From positions 1 through 64,000 of the forward strand of contig JAQGDQ010000282.1 in NCBI GenBank assembly GCA_030141605.1: a stretch of 64,000 nt of DNA, given 5' to 3'. Shown one piece after another: positions 40,901-53,779 of this stretch. The first letter of the stretch is position 1, and each line of letters begins with the position of its first letter. The notes beneath the pieces are model-generated. The model saw nothing but the letters and a program-made list of their open reading frames with translations, was not told where the DNA came from and did no database searches. The translations under genes and the position numbers were made by a program. This stretch comes from Tubiluchus corallicola. Lineage: Eukaryota; Animalia; Priapulida.

Positions 40901-43900
40901 GTAAATGATGCAAAATCAACTGATAGCAAATCCAGCAATGATGGCACAAAGCTGTTTCAATGGGAAAAATGACACCGGAGAGGAACTGTTTCAATATAGC
41001 TTGAAATCATTGATCATAGAAACTGGCACATTATTCAGATTTCATCTTCCTCATAACAAACTCCAAGTAATTTGAAACTGAGAAACGCCTGCTGTAAATG
41101 TTAAGTGAACAGTATGTAGCTGATAATACGAACAAATTTTGCTCCCAAGCGAAATCAATGATATTTCATGGATGGCAGGTAAAAAGCAATTTGGGCAAAA
41201 TATTTATGGGCTGTAAGGGCATGAATTCAGTTTACTGACAAAAGCTGGTAAAACACAATTATTTATTGACAAAATAAAGTTACTTCTGTGAGCTGTAGCT
41301 AATGCCTTAATGCTTAATGATTATTAAGATACATTCAATATTTAGTGCAGTATCAGTTTACTTACGCTCCCTGTTCTAGCAACACTACGCCAGTAACGCC
41401 AAGTCTTGTGAGGTGATAAGCAATAGATGTGCCTATTATTCCTCCTCCACATATAACAATATGTGTATGAGATGGTAAATTCTCCTGGTAATAAGACGGT
41501 TTTTGCTTACAACACGTAGTATTAAAATTCTGAAAATAAAAACGACATACTGTCAAAAATTACCTTGCTGAACTAAATGATTTACACAAATGCTTACGAA
41601 GATATGGTGACAGCAGCAATGCTTCATGGAGGATGTCGCACGGACCAAGTACACATAAGATGTTCTGATAGTTGGAACAAATGTTAGTTAACTAAAAGTG
41701 AAGAGGATCAAGCAGGCTATAAGAACTCACTTAACAGATCAGATAGAGAAATTTAAAAAGCAAAGCATTAGCTGAGAATGTAAAGGAGGACTCTACGATA
41801 TTTGACAACTATGTGCCTAGAAAAACCAAAACAAGAGAGAAGGCGCAGTCATTTATTGACAAGGAGGGAAAGCAATTGTTCACAATACTGTTGCAGCTAA
41901 CTTGTTGAATAATAATTTTTTTACTCGGTGTTCACAGGAGAAAAATTGGATAATGTAACTGCTCCTGTAAGCTACTTTGGAAGTAGCACGAGGAGCTTTA
42001 ACAAACTGATTTGTCTCCGAATAGGATAGCTAAAGTCTCGAGGAGTGTGGAAACCTTGCAAAATCAGCAGGTATGGAGTCCCTACCAATGTGTTAAAGAA
42101 GCTGGCAGGTGAACTGAAACAGAGAATGTAATATCTGTTTTGTGGTTAAGCATAGTAGATATTACATTCTCTGTCTAAAACTACTGCTTAGTACGACATA
42201 TAGGAAAAGCCCAGATGCAGGAGAGATTCCAAATAGACTGAGTGTGTGTAAATGTGCCTCTAATTCATAAGAGTGGACCGACAAAATTGCGTCGAACTAT
42301 AGGCCAGTTAGCTTAACTAGATATTTTATGAAAAGTCATGGAAACTTTGATCAAGAAAGGTAGTACTTCATCTAAACAAGTTTGAGCTCATCAAAGGTAA
42401 TCAGCATGGATTAACCAAAGAAACGTCATGCTTCACAAACTAGTTATATATTTTCGTGAAGAAGTTACTAAACATATAAATGAGGATCATCCTGTGTGTA
42501 TCCTATATTTAAATTTCAGCAAGGCATTTGATAAGGTCCTACGTGAGAATGATAAAGAGTTTGAAGCAAGTGGTAGTATTTTATGTTTCAAAGTAATCGG
42601 AGAAATCACGTAGTTATTACAGAAACAGCAAAGGGTGGTAGTCAACGGTTAAGCATTTATTGGTCCAGAGGTGAGTAGTGTACATCAAAATTCAGTTTCA
42701 GGGTTTGCATTACTTATTTATTATCTTCATTAATGTTATAGATGAAGTGTGCAATAGAGTTTTGAAATTTGCAGATGATATAAAAAAGTATCAATCTATT
42801 GTTTCCATGAGGAATGCAGTTGCTATACAGGATGATTTGTATGCAATGTTTAGTGATCTGAGGAATGGCAAATGTTATTTATATTTCAGCAGGTGTGTGT
42901 GCATACATTCTGGCTACAGTGTAGAGTGTGATAATTATTTGAGTAAGAACCTATTTAAAGCTGTGGTTAAGGAGAAAGATTTGGGGGTAATGATCAGTAA
43001 ATTCTTATGAGTGATGTAACAGTGTGCAGTAGCAGTAAAAAAAGGAAACAGAATCTTGGGGATGGTAAATAGGATATTTGCCTATTTGTTAAGGATGTAT
43101 AAAAATTTTTTGTTTTGCCCCCCTCTGTTTGGGATACTGTATAAGCACACTTCCAAAAGGATGTAAATATTTTGGAGGGCGTACAATGTAAGTTTAATAA
43201 GAAAGTACCTGGCCTTGAAGGTATGTCATATGAACAGAGAGTGAAAGTTTTGAATTTGACAACATTGGAAACCAGATGCATTGAAGGGGATGAGTCGGAT
43301 ATTTTTAAAATTTTCAAAAGCACTGAAGATTTAAACCATGATGAACGATAATTTTTTTGCCTTGAGTGATGCACACACCAGACAGCATACTTACAATGTT
43401 TACAAGTAATGACCAAGATTAGATGCGAGAAAATTCTCCTTTTCTTGACAAGCGATAAATTGGTACAATGAGCTACTGCACAACCAACTCTGCTAATAGT
43501 TTTAAGGTCATCTGGACAAACTTTGTAGAACTTACAGGCAGTGCATAATTAATTAGGAGTCAGCAGACAACTAGCACATTACTTCGTCCCAGTCCGTTGC
43601 TTTTTCCCGACAAATCTGATCTGTCATGTGGGACTGTGGGAGGGATATGTTTCTAACAGGCATCAGCATGCTGTGCTACATTGTGAGAGAAAATCTTGTG
43701 AGAGAAAGACCAACTGGTCATCTGACTACATGACCAATTGGTCTTTCGCTGCCCTTTCTTCACATTTTTGTTTCCAAATTAATTGTATTATAACTGTGCG
43801 TGTGTTGCAAGATAAATAAAAAGATTATTATTATTATTATTATAAATCGACAGTCTGATTTCAAGACCTGACTTGAAAGACATTGAGACTTGAAAAATAT

Positions 43901-44166
43901 TAGAATACGGATTCTATTTTGGAGACTTTGGATAGCATACAGAAGGGTATCAGCAGAAGTGCATCTGTGTTGATCAGCTGTTCTACATTACAGTTGAAAA
44001 TTTTTTTAATGTACGAAATAATACAATTATTAATTGGTTACGTCAGTTCACCAAGTACGAACTGAAACACAAAAGATGAAGACTAGGTTACCTTCACAAA
44101 TAAATTACGGACCAATCCCTTTCGAAAAAACTGTCTCAAACAACTACATGTTTTTAACAACATCAT
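25909..44166 (-). CDS. PDPR: PDPR-family protein, paralog 2 (~893 aa), diverged
   Basis: Minus-strand exons: 44166-44092, 41529-41366, 40236-40109, 39695-39614, 39399-39318, 39206-39125, 38452-38331, 37170-37056, 35112-34957, 33414-33290, 32906-32708, 31909-31757, 31203-31067, 30236-30088, 28949-28748, 28248-28159, 27719-27540, 26619-26478, 26207-25909 (2682 nt, open frame). Motifs IVICGGGIIG, NGPEAFTPDG, GFERPMWF, GGYENDC, LRIEK, WPWGGEPIYRNG. Most intron positions and phases match paralog 1. Confidence 0.88.
27760..28075. repeat. Degenerate (AACC)n-type simple repeat
   Basis: Runs of caacca/aaccag/aatcaa through a PDPR2 intron. Confidence 0.6.
33214..33286. repeat. Short tandem duplication (~35-bp unit, two copies)
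   Basis: GAAAATTTATCTTTTAAAATTACATAAATATTGTT occurs twice, next to the PDPR2 donor site at 33289. Confidence 0.8.
35968..36003 (-). CDS. Candidate 36-nt cassette microexon of PDPR paralog 2
   Basis: Minus strand reads ctttgttgcttgcttgccacag|AAACTGAAATTCGACAAGCCGGTCCCATTACTTCAG|gtttgt. It has no stop in the phase-1 frame of the host intron (ETEIRQAGPITS). Confidence 0.45.
37587..37958. repeat. Long imperfect inverted repeat with a Penelope-like hammerhead core; probable PLE-derived remnant
   Basis: ~37587-37700 is reverse-complementary to ~37806-37958. The right arm has an extra segment containing CTGATGA...GAAAC (37866-37895). Confidence 0.6.
41600..43843 (+). mobile_element. Degraded CR1/L2-clade LINE (reverse transcriptase remnant) in intron 1 of PDPR2
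   Basis: Frameshifted motifs NYRPVSLT (~42295), QHG, NFSKAFDKV (~42510), KFADD (~42765), EKDLGV; (ATT)n tail near 43824-43842. Boundaries approximate. Confidence 0.8.
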
Positions 44167-44633
44167 TCATTTCGCAACTAACAAAAAGATTTTAACAACA
44201 TTCTATGAAAATTACGTCGAAACACATCAAGAATGCAGGGCGCAGAATACGCCAATAACCGAATTAGGACACTTGCGCTTAAGCGCATGCGCTAAATTTG
44301 TGGAAAAGCCCTGCCTGTCATACTACTTGGGTTAGCCCATGTACGCCAATTGTCCTACCTTGGCTAGTGTCCTACTTTGCTTCCAACGAAGATCAAGCAC
44401 TCTGGCAAATTGGGACCCGGATGTTATTTACGTCAGTAACTTCAAAGATTTCCTCGCTTTTTCAAAAAAAAATACTATGGAAAGCAGACCAGTTGTGGCA
44501 ATTGAAACACTGTACTAATTGGAAAGTTGAAATATTCACTAATTGTTATAACTATGCTGAATTTAAAATAAATTGCGTTATTCGGTCCACAGTTGCGCAC
44601 AACACTTGCGGCTAAAATTTAGCCGAAACTCAA
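44167..44633. promoter_or_regulatory. Bidirectional promoter region between PDPR2 and STMP1, with an NRF1-type site
   Basis: Divergent start codons at 44166 (-) and 44634 (+). The region is locally CpG-richer and contains the palindrome GCGCATGCGC at 44283-44292. Confidence 0.65.
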
Positions 44634-47600
44634 ATGGGAATGTTTAGACTTTTGGTTAGTAAACTTCGTTTGATTTTTTTTAGCAGGATGGAGTTTGTCA
44701 ACTAGTTTACTGTAAGACGTGGGCCTATTTCGATGCAGTTAACATTGAATTTTTAAGTTTGCGTATTGCTGAGGTTGGTTTAGGGGTGGAATTTGGACAC
44801 TATTTATCATTAACACTAGTTTTACATACATTCAATTTCACAGTTGTTTTTATCTCTGTGCTCTTTAAGTCAATTCAATTCAGTTTATTTGCACAAATTT
44901 CTTCTAATACAGTGACAACACACATAGAAAATACAATTTTATAATTATTCAGAAATATAAAGTTGACGAAATATTCTAGTAAAAGGTAACACAATACATA
45001 AGCATAAGTCTATACTACAATACGATAGTTGCTGAGTGCAATAATATCAATTATGTCATCTAAAACTTCATCTTGCCTCCTGAGTCCTAAGCTACGGCGA
45101 GTAAGGTGAGTTCTCAGGACTTAGGAGGCATGTAAATCTGAGCTATGAAGTATGGTCTATTTTGTGTTTTCTTCATATTTTTCAGTTTAAGCTAGATGGA
45201 AAAATCAGTTTATTTTGTTAAAAGCACTCAAAAGTCAGATAAAATTAAATATAGATATAGCATTGTGAAAAACACAACTGACAACGTATTGTTTCCTCGT
45301 TAATACGATTGAAAGAACCTTCAACAAAATTTTTGAACAACAGTTTTAACATCATTCCATCCGAAAACTCATATGATTCCCGATTAATCCAAGAATCTTA
45401 TTAGCCTTGCTCAGTTGAATTTCTAGATGTTTGGAAAACTCAAAGGCATGATCCACATCCACATCCAAGTCCTTCTTCAGTTCAGTGGCTTCTAAGGCTG
45501 TTGTTCTTAAGCCTCCCTGTTTTATACTGTAGTCGAATAATGGGTTGTTAGAACTTTCTGGTACGAACCGCGTAAAAAAATAATGTTTAAAATAAAATAA
45601 AGTCAGACTACACAACCTAAAGCATGTAATTTACGTATATTATGAGCGTTATTAAATTGGACCCACTGTGGAATCCCTGATGTGACTTGAGACCATCAGA
45701 TATGTGACCATTAACTATAGTGGACTGGCAGTGTCCCTATAGAAATTGTTGAATCCATGGCAAAAGCTTACCTATGTGGTATGGAAACAAATGCGTTTAC
45801 ATAATCAAAGTATAATATATCTAGAGATAAACTAGCCTTTTCAACAACCATTGTCAGATCTGTCAACTCTCATGCATTGTGTCACATGCATTTTAAGTCT
45901 TTCACACTCATGAAATTTCACTTCTCATGAATTCAGTAACTTTACACGCTTGTTTACAAATCAGTTGGTTCCTTTGCCATCAGTACCAACCAGAAAACAA
46001 TTAGTAGTTATTACTCTCAATAAATCAGTAGCATTCAAGATGTATTATACACTAAAGGGTACGGGACAGGATGGAGTTATGGAGCTTTGTGTATAAAAGA
46101 ACATATATTATATATAAAACATAGTGAACTGCAATAACAGCGTAAGAAAGCTTGATCTGTAGTAGCCAAAAATTACCTTATTAATCTTTTTTATTTTGTC
46201 CTAATTTTTTGATAATTTGATTTTGATACACAAAAAGCAAAAATTTCTGGAGCATGATTTACCCCCTGGACCCTTGCGAGATGATCCCCGGGCTGGTTCC
46301 ATTTCACATTCATTTTTACATCAAATGGTTGTCAGGTTTACATTGTCCAAGCATCTAATGCAATAAAAAGGTTAGATATGCATGAGCTTTTGCTCAAATA
46401 CCACATTGGTAGTCCAGTGTAGATCATTAATCATGATATGGTGGAGCACTACTATAGATATTCCTCACAATCAACTCCATGTCTTTGCAACATACACATG
46501 TGAGGATAATAGGCTTGTAGTTTCAGGCCTGTTATGTTGCTTATATAGCAATTGTAATAAAAACTACTGCTTAAGATTATCTACAACTTGGTTTGCGAGC
46601 TATAATTGACAAAATGTGGAACCTCGCCAGTATGTGTTACTTATGGATATGGAGAGATTTTTGCTCCTTCTCTTGAGTCTGTTAATGCTATTTAAAAAAC
46701 TGTAGACTGGTATTAAAATGAATGTTAATTCATTTTATGAAAATAAAATATTAATATTTGAAAGTTGTCACTGTCCAATAATAACCCTGATAGATTCAAA
46801 ATAAAAAATGGTCTTCGATGTTGTTGGAAACGTGACGTAAACATCTAAAAGAATACACTCTTGATATTAAATTTAAAAACTTGAATAGTATTAATGATAG
46901 CGTATAAAAAAACTGGCCATACTTTTTTATTTTAATAGCTAACCCTAATTTTTTTCTTCACACATTAACACATCACAAACAGTTTATTTGAATGTAGCCA
47001 TACGATTGTAATATATTTTTATGCAAAACAAAGTTTGCATCTGCAAAACAAAATTTTTGCAGCTCATTACTGATGATCTGTTTGTTGAAGATCCCATTTG
47101 TCTGAAGTAGTTTTTTATCTATGTACTTATATATTTTGATATCTTATGGTAGGTTACATTTGGAGTTGGCATTTATGCTGGCATTTACCTTTGTCAGAAC
47201 TATGAGGTAAGTATTGGTAAATTTGTTGTTAATTAATTATAGTTATGATTATAATAATATGGTAGTATTGGTTGTTTTGTGTAGTTTACCTGACTTCTTT
47301 AGGTAATATAACTGGCTTGTTGCTTTTGATTCTATGTAACCATTGTCAACAGTTACGTCTAATTTAGTTACTTTATAATGTTTACTTTATAATAAATGAG
47401 ATTTTGTTATAACGTCTGACTATACTAGACATCTTGTTTGCTGTTGACCAGGTATACCAGGTATAATTTAAAAATATAGAACCATGGAAACAAATTGACA
47501 ACACTACATGTGTTATTTTGAATTTTGGAATGTGTTTGAAATTTTTAAATTACATTACATAACTGAGAAATTACATTATAGTAATTATGGAGTGTGATGA

Positions 47601-48015
47601 AGACATTTTATAACTACTCTTCATTGGGTAAAAAAAAAATTGGATATGAATATTGGATATGAAAATTATGAATGTGATCTTCAGTAAAACAGTAAAAGCA
47701 CCACTTTAATTTGAACATATATGTATTATTTTAAAGGAAGGTTGCTGTCGCTTTTTCCTTTTAGTGCTATTACTCTTATCTTCTATAATTGTTTTTGCTC
47801 AGGCTCTGTCACCTGTTAAATGTACATAATTATCTGTGACATTAAGATTACTGTCTATATTTGTTCTCACTAAAATTAATGAATTTTTAAGTAACTGTTT
47901 TATATCTGCGTTTTAGATTCCAAGAGTGGATGAACCATCCGAACTGTACAGAAAATTCATAGAATTTACTAAACAATACAAGAAGCAGTCTCCGTCACGC
48001 CCCGATGATAGTTAA
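44634..48015 (+). CDS. STMP1: Short transmembrane mitochondrial protein 1-like micropeptide (DUF4535 family), 57 aa
   Basis: Exons 44634-44654 (|gttagt), 47153-47206 (|gtaagt) and 47917-48015, all phase 0, give MGMFRLLVTFGVGIYAGIYLCQNYEIPRVDEPSELYRKFIEFTKQYKKQSPSRPDDS. The GxYLxQNYxIP motif and basic tail are typical of STMP1. Not in the ORF track. Confidence 0.8.
45340..45880 (-). mobile_element. CR1-like LINE fragment in STMP1 intron 1
   Basis: KKDLDVDVDHAFEFSKHLEIQLSKANKILGLI resembles the post-RT region of CR1 ORF2; a degenerate SGIPQ motif lies upstream. Boundaries approximate. Confidence 0.6.
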
Positions 48016-51000
48016 CACCTGTGTAAAGGCAATTTAGTACGTAAGCAGTGATACCTTGAGACAATAAAAACAATTATGGTATTCATGCATTGTCTGTGAT
48101 AATGTAATGTTGATTAAAGTGTGCTGTACTGTGTTTGTTCAATGCTTGCCATTTCTGCCAATAGACGGCACTAGAATGATGTCAAATTTTGAGAAGCTCC
48201 ATCATCTTTAATCACACTTCATTTGGTATATTAAATCGTGAGTCTGCAGAGGCACCGCTGCCTATATAAATATATGTAATGTTATAAATAGTAAGATTAA
48301 TTTTATGCTTGCCTAGAAAAAATTATGCAAACAAAAAAGAGAAAGCCTTTCTTGATAACTTTGAAGGCAGTGGTAAGGCCATGAGAAGAACAAAATTAAT
48401 ATAATAAAATCCATATGAAGTAAATGGCTTCAGTCTTTTATTTACAGATGTTCAGTAAAAGTCAGGAAGTTGTATTTAATGAAATGTTATTGTGCAGTTA
48501 GACAGTTCTGATCATGTACATTGTATAATCAGATGAGATAAATCATTACTCTTTTAAAAAATATTTTGACTTGTTAATATTTTAAGCTAAGTCAAAACAA
48601 CTAAGTTTATTAATCCGTGTTTCTTTCGAACTGCATATTCTAGATTAAACTGAAAAACCGAAGTTGGATTGTTTTCCTTACTGGTTTTTTCTTACAGCCA
48701 TGCAAAAGAACTCGTAATTTCTTTCGAAATGTGGGTGATTAGCGCAAGTTGCATAAACTGTTAAAGGCTGCTGCCGGCATATGACTGGTCCTCAATAGTG
48801 GCATTACAATAGCTCCTCTCTTAATACGCACTTCTGTATAAATAAATGTGGTTCTTTTAATCACAAGCATATTGACTATTAGTCTTCAAAAAGCATCCAA
48901 CTGTAGCAATCAACTTTTAATGAACTTTAATTTTTCATATTTCAAGTAAGATAGAAATCGTTAAACAGCAACCCTTCGATGAGCAAGAGATTTCGCAACT
49001 AGACTGATAATACAATCTTGCACTTTATCATGTAGGCAACAGACTGAGGCATCACCCTGCACATTCTCGAGTGCAATACAAGCATCCCAGTAATTCTACC
49101 TCTTTCAGTATGCTTTTAGCTGAGTGGTGACCTTATAAGACAGTGAGTGTTCAAAGAGAGTAAATGTAGTCCATGGAACGTGATCAGGAAATGTGTGATT
49201 GCTGGGTTCAATACTTGTCCTGATGCATTTCATTTACCATACTGCCCCCATGGATACTTATCTCATTGGGGAGGATGCTTACTCATCTAAATGTAACTGA
49301 GACAACATGTTTATCAAGATGATGAGTTTTTGGTCCAGCCACAACCACCAACATGGCCATCGACATGCCAAAGTTTATGTAATTAGTTAATGCTTTAATA
49401 AGCAAAAGTAGTGAACAAATTTTGTAGAGTGGAAAAATGGTTGCTGAAATAGTCATGATACAGACACAAACTCATACTTTCTCATATTATTATTGAAGTA
49501 ATAACAGTATGTACAGCTGGTATATACAAACAAAATTTATGCATAAAACTGTATTTTTAGAAAATAAACTATTTACCTGCAATAAAGTTGCAAAGCTACC
49601 CACTTAAAATCTTAAATATAGATTATGTAATCATAATATCTATACAAAGCACTTTTTAAAACATTCAATCAGCAGCTTAAAATATGTAAAGTATCAGAAG
49701 CTCTTAATTATAATTTATAGATTAATTTTGTGACACTATTTTAATGGATCATTAATTTTAACTTAAATCACAGTATATATAGCAAACGAAAGCCCATAAA
49801 CTGGTATCAGACTTAATTTTATGTAACAGTGCATGTAAATAATAAATAATTAAAGCTACATAATTGTGAACTAAGCGTATTAAATACACTGTGTGACACG
49901 ACAGTTCAGTAGTGACCTCAGAAATCTAAAAAATAGAGATGTATTCACTAGACATCCAGAATTGCATATTCGTTATTGCATTATAGACAAAAATAATTTC
50001 ATGTTGCTTTTTTGATAATATATGTCATTGTTTATCAGGCCTGCATTACTGTGTACCACACCCTGCAGATGAGGAAAAGCCTATCGCTCCTTGTAGTGAT
50101 CTTTCCACAAGGGGTTGTAGCAAAAAAATCATATGGTACAGCACTTGCCACTTGACAGCAAAATACTGCAGTACTGTCTATAAATGCACTCCTACCAAAA
50201 TTCACTCAAATTTAAACAATACATTGTAGCATTCCGTTCTGCATGTCTGGTAAAAACCATTTCACAGCTATTTTAGAGAAATTGCAGGTGTTCATCCACT
50301 CCAGGATTCGTGCATATACAATTACAGACATCTGGTAAATGCTGCTTTACACTAAAGTACTGTTGGCATATTAAGTTCGGGAGTAAAGGTTCTGAGTTCA
50401 TTTCTAATTTAAATAATGAACTAACTGGCACAAATACTTAGTACATATTTAGTACATAATATGGTAATAAACAGGCTATCCGGTTAATTTTTTACAAGAC
50501 AAACGTTAGGAAATTCTTGAGTTGTAATTAGCGCTGTTTAAAAAATAAAATGTGATGCATCAGTCCGATGAGAAAAAGTCAGAAAACTTTTCCATCTACG
50601 TTTACTTATTTTTATTTTAGTTCAAAAATTTTAACTACATCTTAATCAAGCAACGGCATGTCCACATACCTGTGCATTTAATATTCAGAATGACTAGATT
50701 ATGCCAGTGCTTCTGAGCAATGTTCAGGAAAAATATTAGGATTTAGTAATAAAAGTGTGATAAGGGTTTTGTGCAATTTATAAAATCTTCTGAAAGTCAC
50801 GCTTTGTATTTCAATTTTTGAACGCCCATTTTTCCACCAATGACGTCGCTCATCGGATGAATAAAAGCAGCGCACTGTCAATTTCCACCAAAGTATAATA
50901 AGTTTTTATAAAAAATTAGATAGCTAATTTGTGACATTTTTGCGTGAACATCTAGTACGCAGCAGAAGTTTGAATTAGTTTTAAGCAGTGCACTTATGGA

Positions 51001-51217
51001 GAACCATGATGCGCTTCCGAAAAGTCATGAAGTCCATAATCGTCATAATTTTCAAATGCACAGCAGCTACCATTCTGTACAGTAGTAGTATAAATTAACT
51101 TTATGCTTTATACACAGTTTTTTGCCAATTTCTTTGTTATAGTTTTCCAAGTTTAAGTGAGAAGCAACAATGTCTAATATGGGAAATCTTAAAGTGTTCA
51201 GATGATTAGGGAAAACT

Positions 51218-52183
51218 TCACTTACCACCACAACATGATTGTGACTCTTCTTGCTGTGATGGCATAACTTTAAATGCATCTGGATCGATTCGCTGTCTGA
51301 CATTACGGCATAAACTCATAGCTATGTCTTGAAACATCTCATGAACACCAGTGTTCGATTTACATGAGACTTTGAAATTTTTGCTCACCAAGTCTTGACA
51401 CTGTTCTTTAAATTCCTCTATTTGAGCATCAGTCACATACTCGTGCAAGTCACTTTTGTTACCACAGAGAAAGATTTTGGCATTTTCGGCATTTGACACA
51501 ATGTCTAGGATATGTTGTGACAAGTTGTGGAATGATTCTAAGTCTTCACTGGAGTATGTCAGTATTGCTGCATCAGAAAATTTATAGTAGGAACTAGTTA
51601 CTGTGGCTACTCTCTCCATCCCACCTGTATCCCAGAGCTGCAGCTGAAAGAAAAATAAAAGATAAACCTATAATACATCAGTTTGCACACTCATCACAAA
51701 TGCAAAGCATCACAAATCTAAAATATATTTGTGTTGCACCAGTAAAATTTTGTAATTATTTTCACTAAAATCTAGAGAACAAAATTACAAGATTTGACAA
51801 GTACTAAATCACCAATTTTCGAAGATGAGCAGGCATATTCTTTCCCCAATGGATAGCATGAAACTAAAAAGAACATTCATGACTGTAGTAATGTTCATTG
51901 TAAACTTCGTCGAGATTAATTTGTCACATTGCAATAAGCAATGTTTCGTTAAATTTCACAGACAATTTGTCATCACTGAAATATTACAACGTTTGCTTAC
52001 CTTAACCTCGTCTGTGCCTCTACAGGTAAAATATTTTTCAAAGCGATCTAACCCCATGGTTGATTCTCTATCTGTAGACACAACAAAAGTGTCAGTGCTG
52101 AATCTGCGGAAGAGGGATGTTTTTCCAACGCCGAAATCACCACACAGAATTACTTTGAATGCGGGAGAAGATGTTACAGCCAT
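51218..52183 (-). CDS. RabX6: Rab-family small GTPase, RabX6-like (202 aa)
   Basis: Exons 52183-52001 and 51643-51218 (phase 0, GT-AG). Motifs KVILCGDFGVGKTS (G1), LQLWDTGGMERVATVTSSYYKF (G3), CGNKSD (G4), VSCK (G5) and C-terminal CCGGK. The DTGGMER signature matches Drosophila RabX6 as I recall it (not checked by search). An acceptor at ~52200 implies an upstream UTR exon. Confidence 0.85.
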
Positions 52184-52639
52184 TATTGGTTTACAAGCAC
52201 TAAGAAAAAAAAGTCGACCATACAAACTGCATATTGTCATAACTGCCTAAATATGCAGATGATCCAGAATAATATAAGAAAGCAATAAGACACTATTCGC
52301 ATAGTATTTACAGTATTTCCTACAGACCAACATCATTTCAGCCCACACATATTTTGACAGTTGGCAAACAAATTCTGCAAAACTTTGTTTGCTGGTAGTT
52401 TGTTTGGTCAGTGATGGAGTACTCACAGGGCCATACCAATATATAAATGAGTGATGCCTCTGATGTGAAGCTACCAAAATAATTACCATCCCCAGATTTT
52501 GTGCAGTTTGCTAACTTGCTGAGAGGAGTGCTAACAAAGAACATTGCTATTTGCAGAATAAGAATTAGATCATGGAAATAATATGCATAATTTTTCATGC
52601 TATTATGCTACCTGTATGTTAAATATGTATGTATGTTGC

Positions 52640-53060
52640 TATACTGTTATACTGTCATGATTAAGGGTTAAGCGAGTACACTCATAGAAACCCCTTATAT
52701 AACTGTCGATTAACGATTTAAACTTTACTGTGGTTGGTGCGGCAATCACCATGGCAGGCAGATTATTCCATTCATTCAGAACTCTCACAGAAAATGAATA
52801 TTTACGAATGTCAAGACGTGACCGCTCTAGTTCTAGAATCAGCAACTAAATTAAAGAATTTTTAGGGCAAGATGTTTTCTTTTCAAATTAATATTTTATA
52901 AACTTCAATAAGGTCTCCACGGTATCTTCCTAATTCAAGCATGGTCAAACTACAATATTTTAATCTTTCCAAATATGTCAGATTTTTACAACCTAATATT
53001 ACTATTAGTCTTGTAGAACGCTTTCGTACACCTTCCATAAGCAATATAAGCAATATATTG
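52640..53060 (-). mobile_element. CR1-like LINE 3' fragment
   Basis: SRLDIRKYSFSVRVLNEWNNLPAMVIAAPTTVKFKSLID is the typical CR1 ORF2 C-terminus. Confidence 0.75.
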
Positions 53061-53779
53061 TATGTGAAATCAAGCTAAGCCTCATCTTCTTTCCAGCGAA
53101 AAAGTTCTGTGAAGACGATAATTCATTCACAATTGTTAAAAGCTGCCTAAATTAAAGCACACAAAAGAATTAACAACTAAACAAGCATAAAAAACAGTGC
53201 AGTACTACTAGTACTAGCATTCTTGTTCCACGTTTAAGAAATAGTCAAGAAATTATAAAAAGCTTCAATTAAAACAAGCTGACACGCCAAAGAACAACAA
53301 AAGCGATCCTTACTTAAGATCCATACCAAATACTAATACTACTACTATTACTATGCTATTATATTAAGTACTACTACTAGTTAAAATTTGAAATAAACAA
53401 TAACTTAGTCATGCTTACGTTAACAAAACTTAAGCAGATCAAAACAAATAAAACAGTTCTGTATCATAACTGACACAGATGTGACGCAAGGCACTCGCAC
53501 AAAATATTAAGTGGGTGTTTATGTACTGCAAATAACCAAATACTTATTAAAAGCGTATTGTAAACACGAACTTGCCACAATCCATTTTTCTATATTTTTG
53601 TATTCCATATGCTCACCAATAGGTGTCACTACATAACCAGTGGCACTGTAGTAACGAAAGCCCAAAATGCCCACCACTCAAGCCTTAAACATAAAACCGA
53701 GAAATAAGAAAACGTCATTGATCATAAAGTGAACAATGTAGTTATACATGCTTCAAATCTTCGATACCATCATATAGGA

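Noticed and set aside
51825-52250. 141-aa plus-strand ORF
   Set aside because: Antisense shadow of the Rab coding exon.
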